DNA of 60,073 nt, counting the filler, from Sphacelaria rigidula (taxonomy: Eukaryota), in the NCBI GenBank assembly GCA_964200075.2. It is 6 parts of 6 records of this genome, joined end to end, with 100 filler letters (N's around TTAATTAATTAA, not from the genome) between each part and the next. Parts side by side here need not be neighbours in the genome. Positions count along the whole stretch, not along the records: positions 1 to 9,930 come from CAXNAA020007469.1; positions 10,031 to 19,959 come from CAXNAA020007470.1; 4 more parts are not named here. The stretch is one strand, 5' to 3'. A model generated the notes under the pieces. The model did no database searches. It was not told where the DNA came from and was given only the letters and a program-made list of their open reading frames with translations. A program made the position numbers and the translations under genes. Below are positions 1 through 11,149 of this stretch, piece by piece. Every line of letters starts with the position of its first letter. Position 1 is the first letter of the stretch.

Positions 1-1913
1 CCCCCCCCCTCCCCTCTGCTTCAGAGACCTTCGGTGGAGCAGGAAAGTCCCGACTGAAAACTAATTATTTATGTTTCTTGATGAGTATACATGGTTGAAT
101 AACGTTGTTACCGCGAAGAGATCGCCTATACGTGCACAACCTCTGAACTGGGGTGTTCTTTTGTCCACCCCGAACTGGGGGGAAAGTGGGCTTTGATAGT
201 ATCTTGTGCAAAGAAAACACTACGACAGTCTCCACCGTCCGATAATGAACGCTTACACGAAATTATCCTGTACCCAATACAATTACTTTAACTCTGTCTG
301 GGATTCAATTGATGATATCGAATTTAACTGAAGTAAATGTGATGAAATTACACTTGGTTCTGGGGTTGTCTTGATGAGAAGTTGACTTAACTACTAGTAA
401 CGAATGACTCAACTACTATTAACGAATGACTTTCGGGGGGGAGGGGGGGATGGTATTGAGGTCTGATCTGCAACAGGTTGGAACCCTGAGGTGGAAGGGT
501 CGCACACTGTACGTGGCTGGATTCGTTATGTGAACGGCAACGTGGTAGCTAAGTGAATAAAACGATATGCACAATCGACACAACGATACATTATTTCGAT
601 GCAGCTCCATTCCCTCACCTTTTCCTCGGAAAATATGACCAAACAGGAGACAGTCACTAGCCAAGTTGACCTGGGTATGAATCGCGATTCAGGCTTGTTC
701 CTCTTGTGTCACCGGGAAATTGTGAACGGCGTTGCGCATCCATGCATTGCTGTATTCGTTACTGTACTGCTGTATACCGTCAGTTGTATGCATTGCATGG
801 CGCAAAAGTGGTTTATTCGGCGAAAATCTGAGCTGCATGTATTATTTTCGCACGCTGCTGCCGGCGTTTTGCAAGTTTGCTTCACACCTCTTCCGTGCGA
901 GCTGACCCGTCACATACATGACGTGCATAACACACATCGCGTAGCACTCGCTCGGGCTGATTCGATCACTCAAGGTCCCCAGTGTCGTATTGGCCAACAT
1001 AGATTGGGCTGATGGCAGTGAAGGTTTTCCATTCTATCTTCGCAGACAACTCAAGAATTTACACGTAGCCAGTTGTTCTGGATAATGCGATGCTCGCACG
1101 GACAAACATTCGCTCCCCGACACGTGGGTACAGACGAACTTACGGAATTGGAGCAGGAGTCATGGGATCGTTTCCGTGTTCATACACGGCGACCCGGAGG
1201 GGAGCTAATAGCATTCATCAGTGTAGGGGAGGGACAATGAGCTCGATGCTGGCCTTCGCTGTACTATGCTACGCTGGATTATCCGTAGAGTGCCGTACAC
1301 CACATATGGAGCTTAGTTTCAATCGCCACACACGCTCCCCTGAACCCAAGTACACGAGAACCCACAGACTGTGCGAGGATGAACTTGACGATGTTGGAAC
1401 CGCGGCGGTGTGCTCATCCGACGGTAGAGACCCTGCTGCCCAAAGATCCAACCTCTCAAAGAACCCAAACAGCAGTAACTTACTGTTTTTCTATTACAGC
1501 ATTTGAATCCATTTACTCGATAACCCCCCTCCCCCCTCCCCCCTCCCCCCTCGCATGGTCAATGGTCGAACGACTAAGGCAAGCAACAAATGAGTACGCC
1601 TCCCCCCTCCCCCCTCGCGCGCGCTCACCCCCCTCCCCTTTCCCACATGGAAGATTGGGACCCAGGGAGAGGGGGAGGTTCCTAGCCTGCATTTGGGTAG
1701 GGCCTCCGCTTGAGCAAAGCTGGTAGTTCAAGTTATCCTCCATCCCTTGATGTTCATCATCGAAGGAGCTTAGTGCCCATGAAACCGAATGTAGTGTGCT
1801 TCGGGCACGTACTCCACCCTATTTCTTGATCCTGGGTGCACGTGGAGATCGTCATCGCCCCGCAGAAGTTAACGCCACCCTTTTCGCGTCTGTTGCTCGC
1901 GGTGATATTGCAG

Positions 1914-1949
1914 GTTGCTCAACCTGGAGCGAGAGCTTTTTAGTTGGTG
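1914..1949 (+). CDS. GST-family gene, first visible internal exon (LLNLERELFSW-W)
   Basis: tgcag acceptor, TG|GTGAGT donor; joins in phase to 3208 giving LLNLERELFSWWCQFVFRP, typical of cyanobacterial/algal GST C-domain starts. Confidence 0.75.
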
Positions 1950-3207
1950 GTGAGTCCAACAATATATTGTCGGCGACGCGAGGAATGCTCGATTAATACA
2001 CTGGCGGAAATCACTCCTATTCTGAGGCGCGTTTTGGTCCATATTTGATGTGACCACGCGTCTGAGATAATGAGCTACATAAAATAGAAGCTCGACGTTG
2101 AGGGCTTTTCAGCGTGGGCCTCTTTGATGTTTTTCCGTCTCATGTCTGTATCACCCACGATTGATTCATATGGGAACAAATATACCCACAATTTTCGCAC
2201 TTTTGTTGACACGCACACGGAAGTACCGTAGCTGAAATTATGAGGTTTCGAATAAATAGCTGGCTTGTGCTCTTTATTATGGCCCCACAGTCGAGAAAAT
2301 CATTGAAAAATTGGCGACAGTTCGACTCGGTCATGATCTATTTTATCTCCATCGTTTATATGAACGTTTCTGTTTTTGCAGAGTGGGTAGAACGCACTTC
2401 ACGCCTGTGTTGCACGGTGGGATCGTATCCTTGTGTGTGATGAACTACTGCACGAGAGGCTCAACACCTCACCAGAAGTAACAGCCGGCAACGCTTCAAA
2501 ACGGTTCAATGGAAATCATTGAAGAAAATAAGAAAGCCGAACTTTGGTATGAACGTCGTATTTCAGAAAAAATGGGACAAGGATTACTCGGAACATGATT
2601 TTCAATGACTTTTTCGCAAACGATAGAATGGCTTCTGGGGTGCAGAACCGAAGTATTCTGAAGCAACGTGTCACTATAATAGGAGTAAACTCGAGTACTC
2701 CAACGGGCCCTACCCGGTGGAGGCCAGCCTCCTCACCCCTCCCCCAGAAGCTTTTGACAACGAGGAAAAACTCCACGATCCAGGCAAAAATCTTACCGGC
2801 ACAGTATTCACCATCGTTATTATATATGGTAGCTGGGCGATACCGCCTCTCAATCACCCCCGTCCAACACTCAGGCTTCGCCCATAATGAGGTTTTAGTA
2901 GAATCGAAGGAGTAGGTGTTGGCCTGCGGTTACCAGGGCCCCTTGCCCATTATTTTTTCTACGCTTTCCTATGCTTTCCTATGCTTGAGTTTCGCACGGC
3001 GATGAGAATAAACTTCTGATGTGGAAAATGGATTGCAGGAGCGTAGAAAAAAATATAAATACGTAGCGAAGCGAAGATATGTGCGATGGAGGTTGACCAT
3101 CAACTGTCTATCCAACGCATGATCTGTTTATCCTGATGCTGTTTGTACCTTGGTGTTTCACCGTACTAAACATCTTTTTTTTTCTGCTTGTGGTCTTCAT
3201 TTCTTAG

Positions 3208-3271
3208 GTGTCAATTTGTTTTCAGACCGGGAAATTCGGCTCGAGGGCAATGCGAGAGGACGCTTGATCAG
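3208..3271 (+). CDS. GST-family gene exon (CQFVFRPGNSARGQCERTLDQ)
   Basis: ttcttag acceptor, CAG|GTCAGG donor; phase 2 in, phase 0 out, continuous with both neighbours. Confidence 0.75.
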
Positions 3272-3509
3272 GTCAGGGTCTGTACAGTTGCTGGCAAGGA
3301 GAGGACGATGCATGCGAGAGGGCTTGCAGCATGAACGTCGACATGTGCAGTATAAAAGTACATGTTCGAAGTTGCAAAGTTGAATGACATCGCAGTCAGA
3401 GTGAAGAACCCCCCGGTTCACAAAAGTAGAGCTGACGCGTGACTGACGTCGGATATAGCTACGGTACAGTAGCCTAACACTAGTTCGTTCGCCGCCGTGC
3501 TTCCCACAG

Positions 3510-3691
3510 GTGAATGATGCTCTTGCTAGTTCGCCAGGTCCGTGGTTTCTTCCGTCTGCTGCTCAGGAGGCTGCTTCTGGTAGCCCTGACGAGGGTTTCA
3601 GCCTGGTCGATTTGACGTACGTCCCTCACCTAGAAAGGATGGCTGCATCTACCGCGTATTGGAAGGGGCTTCAGCTGAGGGGAAATCCTAG
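3510..3691 (+). CDS. GST-family gene exon, GST C-terminal domain core
   Basis: VNDALASSPGPWFL...FSLVDLTYVPHLERMAASTAYWKGLQLRGNP contains the GST N-capping box (SxxD); cccacag acceptor; probable GC donor AG|GCAAGC. Confidence 0.85.
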
Positions 3692-4224
3692 GCAAGCTGT
3701 AGGAGACAAATGCTTTTGCTACCGCGCGAATTTTCGACTGTTTCGTGCCATATTTACACACACACCCCAGGACAAAAAATTACGTTGTTGAAAAAAGTGT
3801 ACTGCGTACAATATCGACTATTGCGTCTATGCGCTAAACAATACATTCCATACTGTACGCCGTACACTTTCTGGCATTATCCAGGGTATGTATATTTATT
3901 CATTTCTTGTCCGAGAACAAATGCCAGTTTTGGCAGCAATGGTAAAATTCTCCACGGAAACTGGATACGCTTGTTTTGTAAGTGGTACTATACGATATTT
4001 TCCATATTACGCGGGACAACCCAAGGCCGCCAGTGCGAACGCATCCAGCACCAAATGGTGTGTAGGGATGCTGCTCCAACAGTTCCGAGCGTTCAAAGGG
4101 TTGTTGACGTATCGCTTGCGGGGCGTCTCCGTAAATGCCCCAAATATACTTGGATGATTACTATTCGTATTTCCGCTGCCGCCAGGAGTGACCCCAAGGA
4201 TCGAATGCTTCGTTCTGACGGCAG

Positions 4225-4326
4225 GTGGCCAGCTATCAACCGTTGGTTCGAGGCGTTAGAAATGCGGGAGACGTATATGGCGACCAAGAGCGACTTCTAT
4301 ACCCACGTCAGGGACATCCCACCGCA
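4225..4326 (+). CDS. GST-family gene exon (WPAINRWFEALEMRETYMATKSDFYTHVRDIPPQ)
   Basis: ggcag acceptor, CA|GTGAGT donor; WPxIxRWFxA and SDxYTHxxDIPPQ motifs of cyanobacterial/algal GSTs. Confidence 0.85.
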
Positions 4327-4481
4327 GTGAGTCAGTCATTCGCTTGTCGACCCGTCGACTGTGTGTTTCAGCTGCACACATGCTACACGCTCGACCGTAT
4401 ACAGTCTGTAAGAGATGTGACCTGAGACATGATGTGACATCTCTCAAGTGTAGCAATCACGTGATATCACTGCCATGGCAG

Positions 4482-4587
4482 GTATGGCAATGGGCAGTCG
4501 GTGCCAGAAGCGGCTGAGATGGCTGCAGCAATTGAGGGGGCGGACGGGTCTTGGTCCTTGCCATTACCAGCGCTTCACGCTACGGAG
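4482..4587 (+). CDS. GST-family gene exon (YGNGQSVPEAAEMAAAIEGADGSWSLPLPALHATE)
   Basis: ggcag acceptor, GAG|GTGAAT donor; completes PPQ-YG in phase. Confidence 0.8.
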
Positions 4588-4824
4588 GTGAATACAAAGA
4601 AATTGTCTCCAGGTGCCAAGTTTAGTCACTCGCTACTATCTTCTGATGCATATCCCGATTTTGTTGCTTGTTTGTCGCCATTTTTTTCATGCCGTATCCA
4701 ATTGTTTTCGCAACTTCGTCGTGATCCTCTCGGTCCATAAGTATTTTCCCGGAAATCTATCTACTGAGCGGTTCGGCACGCGGGCGAGATTCAGATCATC
4801 GGGGCTGACAGCCTCCGAGGAGAC

Positions 4825-5730
4825 ATGTTGTGCAACTAGTTGTCTGAAAACATCTGTTGAACGACAAACCTGTGCAACTAGTCCTCTGTAGACAAGTACT
4901 GAAGAAGAAAGAGAGGCAACCAATGGCCTCACAACTGACAACTGCTCATTCTAAAATGAGTGCAACAAGTTGCATGCAGACGACTACTGAATGAAAAACG
5001 CTTGCGACTAGTCGCGCGTAGACGACAATGGGAAGCGCAACACGCGCAATTAGTCCCCTGTAGACGACCACTGGATGACAATGTCAGGCACCTAGTCACC
5101 TGTACAACCCTCCCGGCCGGATGAGGAAACTAGGCAACTAGTTGCAAATAGGTACTTGAGTGTATATTTGACGAGAACGTGCTTCAACTGTAGACGACTA
5201 CTACTGAATATATGAATGTGAGCCGGGCAAGTACAAGAACGTAGGCAACTATTATATTGCTGACCGGAACCTATGAATTCACTTACCAACTAGTGCTTCT
5301 AAATGTGGGGAAGCAGTTAACAAACTAGTCACGAAACACGGAACATGCACATTTTATCTGAGGTGGACGAGCCTACCGTAGGCGGTGTATGCCCAAACAT
5401 TGTGGAACGTGGCAAGTGGGGAAGCACTTGCGGGTTTCTAATCAACCGGAGACTCTCCGATGTCAACCGCGCGTGTTTTCAGGGAAATTTCATCTAAGCA
5501 TAGACAGCAAGTAGATAACAATGTTGTGGCAGCTGATGGTCCTTGGAGACTTATCCCTAAAAACAAATGTGCGACTGGTCGCCCGTAGACAACAAATCTC
5601 CAGTTGCCTGCATACGACGACTGAATAAGAAGCGCGTGCAAGTAGTCGCCCGTAGACAATAACTCTCTAGTTGCCTACATGCGACAACTGGATAAGGAAC
5701 GCGTGAAACTAGTTGCCTGTAAACGGCTAC
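4825..5730. repeat. Degenerate intronic array of (G)CAACTAGT(C/T)...TGTAGACGAC motifs
   Basis: Many imperfect copies of caactagt / tgtagacgac / gactactga at irregular spacing inside GST intron 4588-8925. Confidence 0.7.
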
Positions 5731-6680
5731 AGAATGAGAAACTTTTCAAATAATCGTATTCCTTTGCTGAAGGGTAAGTTGTTCCCGGTCCACAGCACTG
5801 GCCTGCGTGATGGTGGATCTGTCCCCCGTAAACATCTAGAACGCCCCGAATGTGTACCCAGAGTGCCCTCTGTTCTCCAACCTTGTTTTTGCTTCACCAT
5901 TTTTTTTGTACCGTATCGAACTGTTTCCATTTGTTCCTGTTTCACCATCTCGGTTCAATGAAGCGTGTCCGCGACACCTACTGAGATTCTGATCAGAAAA
6001 ATAGCTGCCGCAACGCGGATGAATTCAGTCTTCGGCACGTGTACTCCACCGTACTGTTGGACGATATAGATGTATATGGATGTGCTATGAGACAACTCAC
6101 ACTTCACCTCGTGAGTTTCTCGCGATGGGGGCTGTGAGACATTAGCATGCAAATTACCCCGACACCTTCCCTTTCCTATTCTTTCAGAGAAGCAGGAATG
6201 TGATCGATAACTTGGAAACATAGCCCCAATGCACGAAGCCAAGTGCTGATTAGTGTACCCCCAGTGTTGCCACTACAGATAGGCACGAGCTACTTACTCC
6301 CTGGACAAGCTACTCAAGCAATACAGTAAAATACGAACGACCCACACATGCGTGTTGCACCGGGGCCCCCCGTTATTTGAAGTACAGACACTATGCACCA
6401 TGCAAAGAGACGCAGGAAGCGCGTACATCAGTTTGAAATACCGATTGTCGGTAATATCGAACCTTTTCAACTTTCGGCAACTTCTGGCCCTGAGGTTGTT
6501 TTTTTCCCCGTGGGGGATTGGTGAGTAGGAGATACAGGTGCCTAAAATTCCAGTCTATCGTATCCTCTCGTTGGACCGTATACCAACAAGAAGAAAGGCA
6601 GGACGGCAAAAACTGGCATGTCGGTTGAAAGGAGCTTGGAAGTTGATCATTTTCCAATGGGACATGCCAAGCGTGCCTTC

Positions 6681-8025
6681 CAAGTGTTGGGTAGGGTATG
6701 TACTCTCAAGTATACGGGGTAGGTGAAATGCTTGACCGCTGCGCGCCGGTGGGGTAATAGTCCGACTGTCGCTATTTAGGGTGGGGAGAAGGAGGGTTCG
6801 GTTCCCGATGCGTTTTTTTGTTTTTCGTAGTATCTGATTTTCACCGTGGAAAGCGTGAAAACGGGAGTAAACGAAGTAGTTGATTGAGTTTGTTTGACGT
6901 GAGGTGACGCGGTGCGTCATTGCTGACCCGATCCACGAGACCAAAATGCAAGGCGTGTACCGGGGAGAGAGGGGTTGATCCCTTGAGACCACGGACTCGT
7001 CCCGAGGAAGGGGGGGGGGTTCAAAGTCCGATAAATTAAAATGATTATTAGAAAAAATAACGCCTGACTAACATAATAACTCCACCCAGGTTTGGGTAGA
7101 TTGGGTACGACCTCAAATGCTGTACCCAAAAATTGGGTAGAATGGGGTATGATCTCAATACTTCACTCAAAGATTGGGTGAGTACTCTCAGCAATACCCG
7201 GGTATAGAATATCACTTGGGTATGACCTCAATACTCTACTCCAATTTCGGGTAGAGTTGGGTATGATCACAAAACTCCACTCAGACATTATTGGCTGAGT
7301 AATCTCGGTTTCCCTGACCGTTGATGACTTCGTGACGTCACGTCTACCTTCACCGCGAGGGCGAATGATAACCACCAGCAACAAAAAAGTATTCGGTTTC
7401 ATCGCCCCGCACATGATAAGTCCGAATTGTGGCCAGATTTCAGTTTTCAGCACAGAACGCCCACCACCTTCTCGCGTGTAATTGAGTAGACAGTGGATGC
7501 AGTAAAAAATGAGCGGGAATGCGGACCGCACGCTACCGAAGTTGGTCACTCGTGTCCTATCCCCCCCTTTCCTGTCCTACAGCGTACTACTGACTTGACG
7601 ATTCAATGCCTGATAGATGTTATACTTTTGAATACCCCGGTATTTACTCTTCACAATTTTGAGGTCAAATGTGTACGACTGCAAATACTCTGCCCGAATA
7701 CACCATACAGTAGGGTTTGATCTCATCACTGTACTCAAATATTGGGAGTACTCTCAGTAACATCCGGATATGGAGTATCACTTGGGTATCATCTCAATAC
7801 TCCATACACAAAATACTCTCAGTAATAATACCCGGGTATAGAGTATCACTCAGGTATGACCTCAATACTCGAACTTTGGGTAGAGTTGTGGGAATGCTTA
7901 CAATACTTCAATCCATATTTTTAGTAATTTGGGTACGATTTCAATACACCCAACAGTTTGACAACTAAATGTACGGCTTTTCAAAATACCCGGCTATCGG
8001 GTACACCCTAACCAACACACTCTTG
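6681..8025. mobile_element. Non-autonomous DNA transposon (hAT/P-like) with 8-bp TSD
   Basis: Perfect GTGCCTTC at 6673-6680 and 8026-8033; termini CAAG...CTTG; imperfect ~35-bp TIRs (gtgttgggtagggtatgtac vs gtacaccctaaccaacacac); internal gggta/aatactc repeats 7090-7990. Confidence 0.8.
6737..7027 (+). mobile_element. SINE-like repeat (tRNA-like head plus conserved core), nested copy
   Basis: B-box-like GGTTCGGTTCCC at 6795; core tgcaaggc..ccggggagaga..gttgat..ggactcgtcc..ggggttcaaagt shared with 47685-47763 and 49157-49237. Confidence 0.55.
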
Positions 8026-8925
8026 GTGCCTTCGAACATGGTGTGGGAGGAGCTTAGTTCACCCTTGGAACACACCATGGGTTATCTGCTAAACCGGCAT
8101 CGATCTCACTTGAAACATTAGTGCATGACGCAGATGACTTACCCTCGCGGTCAAGGAGTCACGGGTGTAGTAGCCGGAGAATTTGCAGTCAGTCGATATT
8201 GTGATCAACACATTCAACATATCATTCGAAAATGCAGTACAAACGGGTCTGACAGTTCCAGCATTTCAGACAAATTGTTGCTCCTTCTCGCGGTCATTAC
8301 ACTATGCCCGGAATTATTCGCCTGTTGTCCAAGACGCGTGTGATAAGGAGCAGTCGGTGGACGAACTTCATAGAGTCCCGTTGGCTGAAGCTTTTCGCCC
8401 TCATTTTTGCATTGTGTTTGTATTATAAACGACCGCGAGAGTAGACAACCATGCTTTTACAGCAGACAGCGGTGCACCGCACCATGTTTTGCCAAAAGCA
8501 GTAGCCAGCACAAACAGGCAGGTGTGCCATCATTTCGACCTTCTCAACACATGTATTTCAACCTGAAAAAAATTGCGGTTTCTTCGGCCGAGACTGCTTA
8601 CAAGTGATGTTTGGGAAAGCACGGTACCGCAACATGGACGTATCGATGTTATTCACCGTGAACGGAACGTCAAGCTACCGTGCCCAGGAGTTTGTCGGTG
8701 AGATCTGGTCAGACCACCGACGGCCGGGCATTTTTTTTACACGCGCGCATTCTTGATGTTACCAGAGGTTTACAAGGACAACGTTCTTGGGAAAAATAAC
8801 GCGCAGCTGTGATGCCGATATCACCACTGTTGATGGTATGTGTAAATTTGTGCACAGTATTAAAACTTTTGAGACGTGACCGCTGAAATATTCCGAAAAC
8901 ATGCTTTTTGTTGCTTGATGTTCAG

Positions 8926-8975
8926 GGACTGGAACCTGTGCTGGCGATCAATGATCCCGGAGAAGACGGAGCCAG
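8926..8975 (+). CDS. GST-family gene exon (GLEPVLAINDPGEDGA-R)
   Basis: gttcag acceptor, AG|GTAGGC donor; phase-compatible with exons on both sides. Confidence 0.7.
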
Positions 8976-9120
8976 GTAGGCTCGATTCTGCTCATGAGTT
9001 CGTTTGATTCACATGCTGCGTCAGTACTCGCCTCGAGTGGTAGGTGTTGAGGCGTGGCTGAAACAGTTTCTACGCCGTGGGTTGTTCCCGACCTTGCGCT
9101 CGTGCGTGCTCATTTACCAG

Positions 9121-9295
9121 GCACGAGGCTGCTTACAAATTGGCCGGAAATGCGGAAGCTGTGGGTCGTTTCGCCTGTCGCGGGGCTGGTCGAGGGTCCG
9201 GCTGGTCTTTGTTGCCGGGTAGGGCACCACTAGCGGATCCGAATGCTCAGCCCAACATGGACATCATCGACGATGTGGACTTCGTCTTGCGGAGG
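9121..9295 (+). CDS. GST-family gene exon, C-terminal extension (HEAAYKLAGNAEAVGRFACRGAG...APLADPNA...VDFVLRR)
   Basis: ttaccag acceptor, AGG|GTGAGA donor; APLADP motif. Confidence 0.8.
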
Positions 9296-9439
9296 GTGAG
9301 AGTCCGGAGTCGCGAAGTCATGACTGCCGTAAGTGTCTGCGGGCGTTACAGTCATTACTTATTTCCTCCATCACGAATCCGACGTTATTCGACTGGCGCT
9401 AGATGATGTTCGATTAAAACCTCCGCGTCTTCCTCTCAG

Positions 9440-9571
9440 GTAACTTCCGCATTGTTGAAGGGCGATGTCGAAGAAGATCAAGCAGTACTTGAATCTGGAG
9501 CGTCCGGTAAAGGGGGCGATCCCGGGACAGTTGCTGCTGTTACAGCGTCTCTCTCCTATCTCCGAGACCGG
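9440..9571 (+). CDS. GST-family gene exon (VTSALLKG...SLSYLRDR); final exon not found in this contig
   Basis: ctctcag acceptor, CGG|GTGAGG donor, 132 nt in frame; YLRDR is normally followed by VGVPRDM in this subfamily (recalled, not searched). Confidence 0.8.
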
Positions 9572-9769
9572 GTGAGGCTTCGTGCGTGGACATATCATTT
9601 GACGAAGCAAAAAATACGTCCAACATAGTACTGACCGATCGCATGTTCACAACTTGGCGACATCCAATTGGAACAATCGCCAACAGTATGCTTTTGTCAA
9701 CTATCCAGAAAATGCAGACAAAACGAACAGGGATATATCAAGGCTAGACAATTATTCGTTCATTTTTTT

Positions 9770-9860
9770 CTCACTTTCAACCCCCGTCTTTCCTCTGAAG
9801 GAGTCTTTGATCTTTCTCAAGGAATCAACCTATTTCTCCCCCGGTACACCCCCGCCCTCA
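9770..9860 (-). repeat. Partial reverse copy of the SINE-like core
   Basis: Reverse complement reads gtgtaccggggagaaataggttgattccttgaga...gggggttgaaagt. Confidence 0.55.
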
Positions 9861-9930
9861 ATCTGGTATCAACAGTGTTTTCGTGGGATTGAGAGTAGAT
9901 GATACGATTGAGAGTGGCTTTGATCATTCG

Positions 9931-10030
9931 NNNNNNNNNNNNNNNNNNNNNNNNNNNNNNNNNNNNNNNNNNNNTTAATTAATTAANNNNNNNNNNNNNN
10001 NNNNNNNNNNNNNNNNNNNNNNNNNNNNNN
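9931..10030. other. Artificial contig linker 44N-TTAATTAATTAA-44N
   Basis: Identical 100-bp spacer with six-frame stop sequence, present five times. Confidence 0.98.
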
Positions 10031-10205
10031 GCAGCCCAGACACGTGGAATGGTGCAAGAGTTGCGTGGATACCCCTTGGACCAGCGATCAACTTTTTTCT
10101 CCCTTTTGAGCAATCGGGCCGAAGAAATCGTTAATTTGGTGATTTTGAGTCGTGATGATTTGTCCTAACTGTGGAACATTTGACCGGGAACTTATTGTAC
10201 GTGCG

Positions 10206-10459
10206 CTGTGGATGGTACGGTAGGGGTTGCACTTTTTGTTTCTGAGTCTCGTTTTTGTAGGAACCCAAATATATGGGGCTTACTGTGCAACCCGAATCTC
10301 CGGGGACAGGACATGGAAATGCACACAGGGGCCTTTTCGTGAATCGGCATCATTTTCAGTTTTTTTCAAGTGAAAATGATGCTCATGCTCAAAATGATGA
10401 TTGCAACACCCCGAGAAGCATTTTCGCTCAAAACGTGCAACCCTACCGTAGCATCACTC
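10206..10459. mobile_element. MITE (~255 bp) with TIR gtgatg(c/g)tacggtaggggttgcac
   Basis: gtggatggtacggtaggggttgcac ... gtgcaaccctaccgtagcatcac; same TIR family at 31575-31832. Confidence 0.65.
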
Positions 10460-10787
10460 TGTGGGAAACATGTACCTTTGATCCGTGAGTTGTAAACGGG
10501 GAAGTGGGGAACATGTACCTATGGTTTCTTCAGGCGGGAGTCGTGCAGCAGGTGAGAGGACAGGTGCTCGCAGGAGAATGGAACACGGGCCGTCACGCTG
10601 TCGTCTGTTGTCGTAGCCGCCCCGCCCCTCCCTCCCCCCCCCCCTCCGTATCTCCTCCCCTCATTACTCTCGTTCCGGGCCCGGTCATCCAACACATTTC
10701 AGGACTACAGCACCTACGGGGATACGCGTGACGGTGAGAGTACACAGCGAGTGCTGTCCGGCCGTGAGCCCACGCTGTACGTGTGTG

Positions 10788-10788
<1 letters not shown>

Positions 10789-10820
<32 letters not shown>
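10789..10820. repeat. (TG)16 microsatellite
   Basis: Direct inspection. Confidence 0.95.
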
Positions 10821-10822
<2 letters not shown>

Positions 10823-11010
10823 TGTGTATCTTGTGTGTTTTTCCTCCCGGACAGGAGTGATTCTTAGTGTGGCTTCATGCGCAGTCAACCCCCCAGTCTT
10901 TGCTCTGTTCCACTGGGTGATCGATCGCCTCTGCCTTCTCACTGCATTGTAATACGTGAGAGGACCGCGTGCTTAGAGGACCGCATCGGAATTGCAACAT
11001 CCCTATTGCT

Positions 11011-11057
11011 GGGGTTAGGGTTAGGGTTAGGGTTAGTGTTGGGGTCAGGGTCAGGGG
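11011..11057 (+). repeat. Short interstitial telomere-like (TTAGGG)n tract
   Basis: ggggttagggttagggttagggttagtgttggggtcagggtcagggg. Confidence 0.8.
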
Positions 11058-11149
11058 CGTGGTACCTCCAGGGACTGACCCGATTGGTTTTGAAAAACGT
11101 CGATCTTGAGGTATTTGGGACTACGGCGTGACAAACAGAGACGCCGTCC

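Noticed and set aside
1428..1475. Further upstream GST exon (ETLLPKDPTSQRTQTA)
   Set aside because: Plausible peptide, but the available donor is phase 0 while exon 1914 needs phase 2; unresolved.
3226..3271. Shorter GST exon using the ttttcag acceptor at 3225
   Set aside because: Joining to TG from exon 1914-1949 creates TGA; the 3207 acceptor restores WWCQFVFR.
4825..5730. CRISPR-like repeat-spacer array
   Set aside because: Motifs are short, degenerate and irregularly spaced, inside a spliceosomal intron, with no cas genes; same for 7090-7990 and 44170-45040.
9975..9986. TTAATTAATTAA as a biological motif or piggyBac site
   Set aside because: Centred in identical N-runs at all five gaps; an artificial six-frame stop linker.
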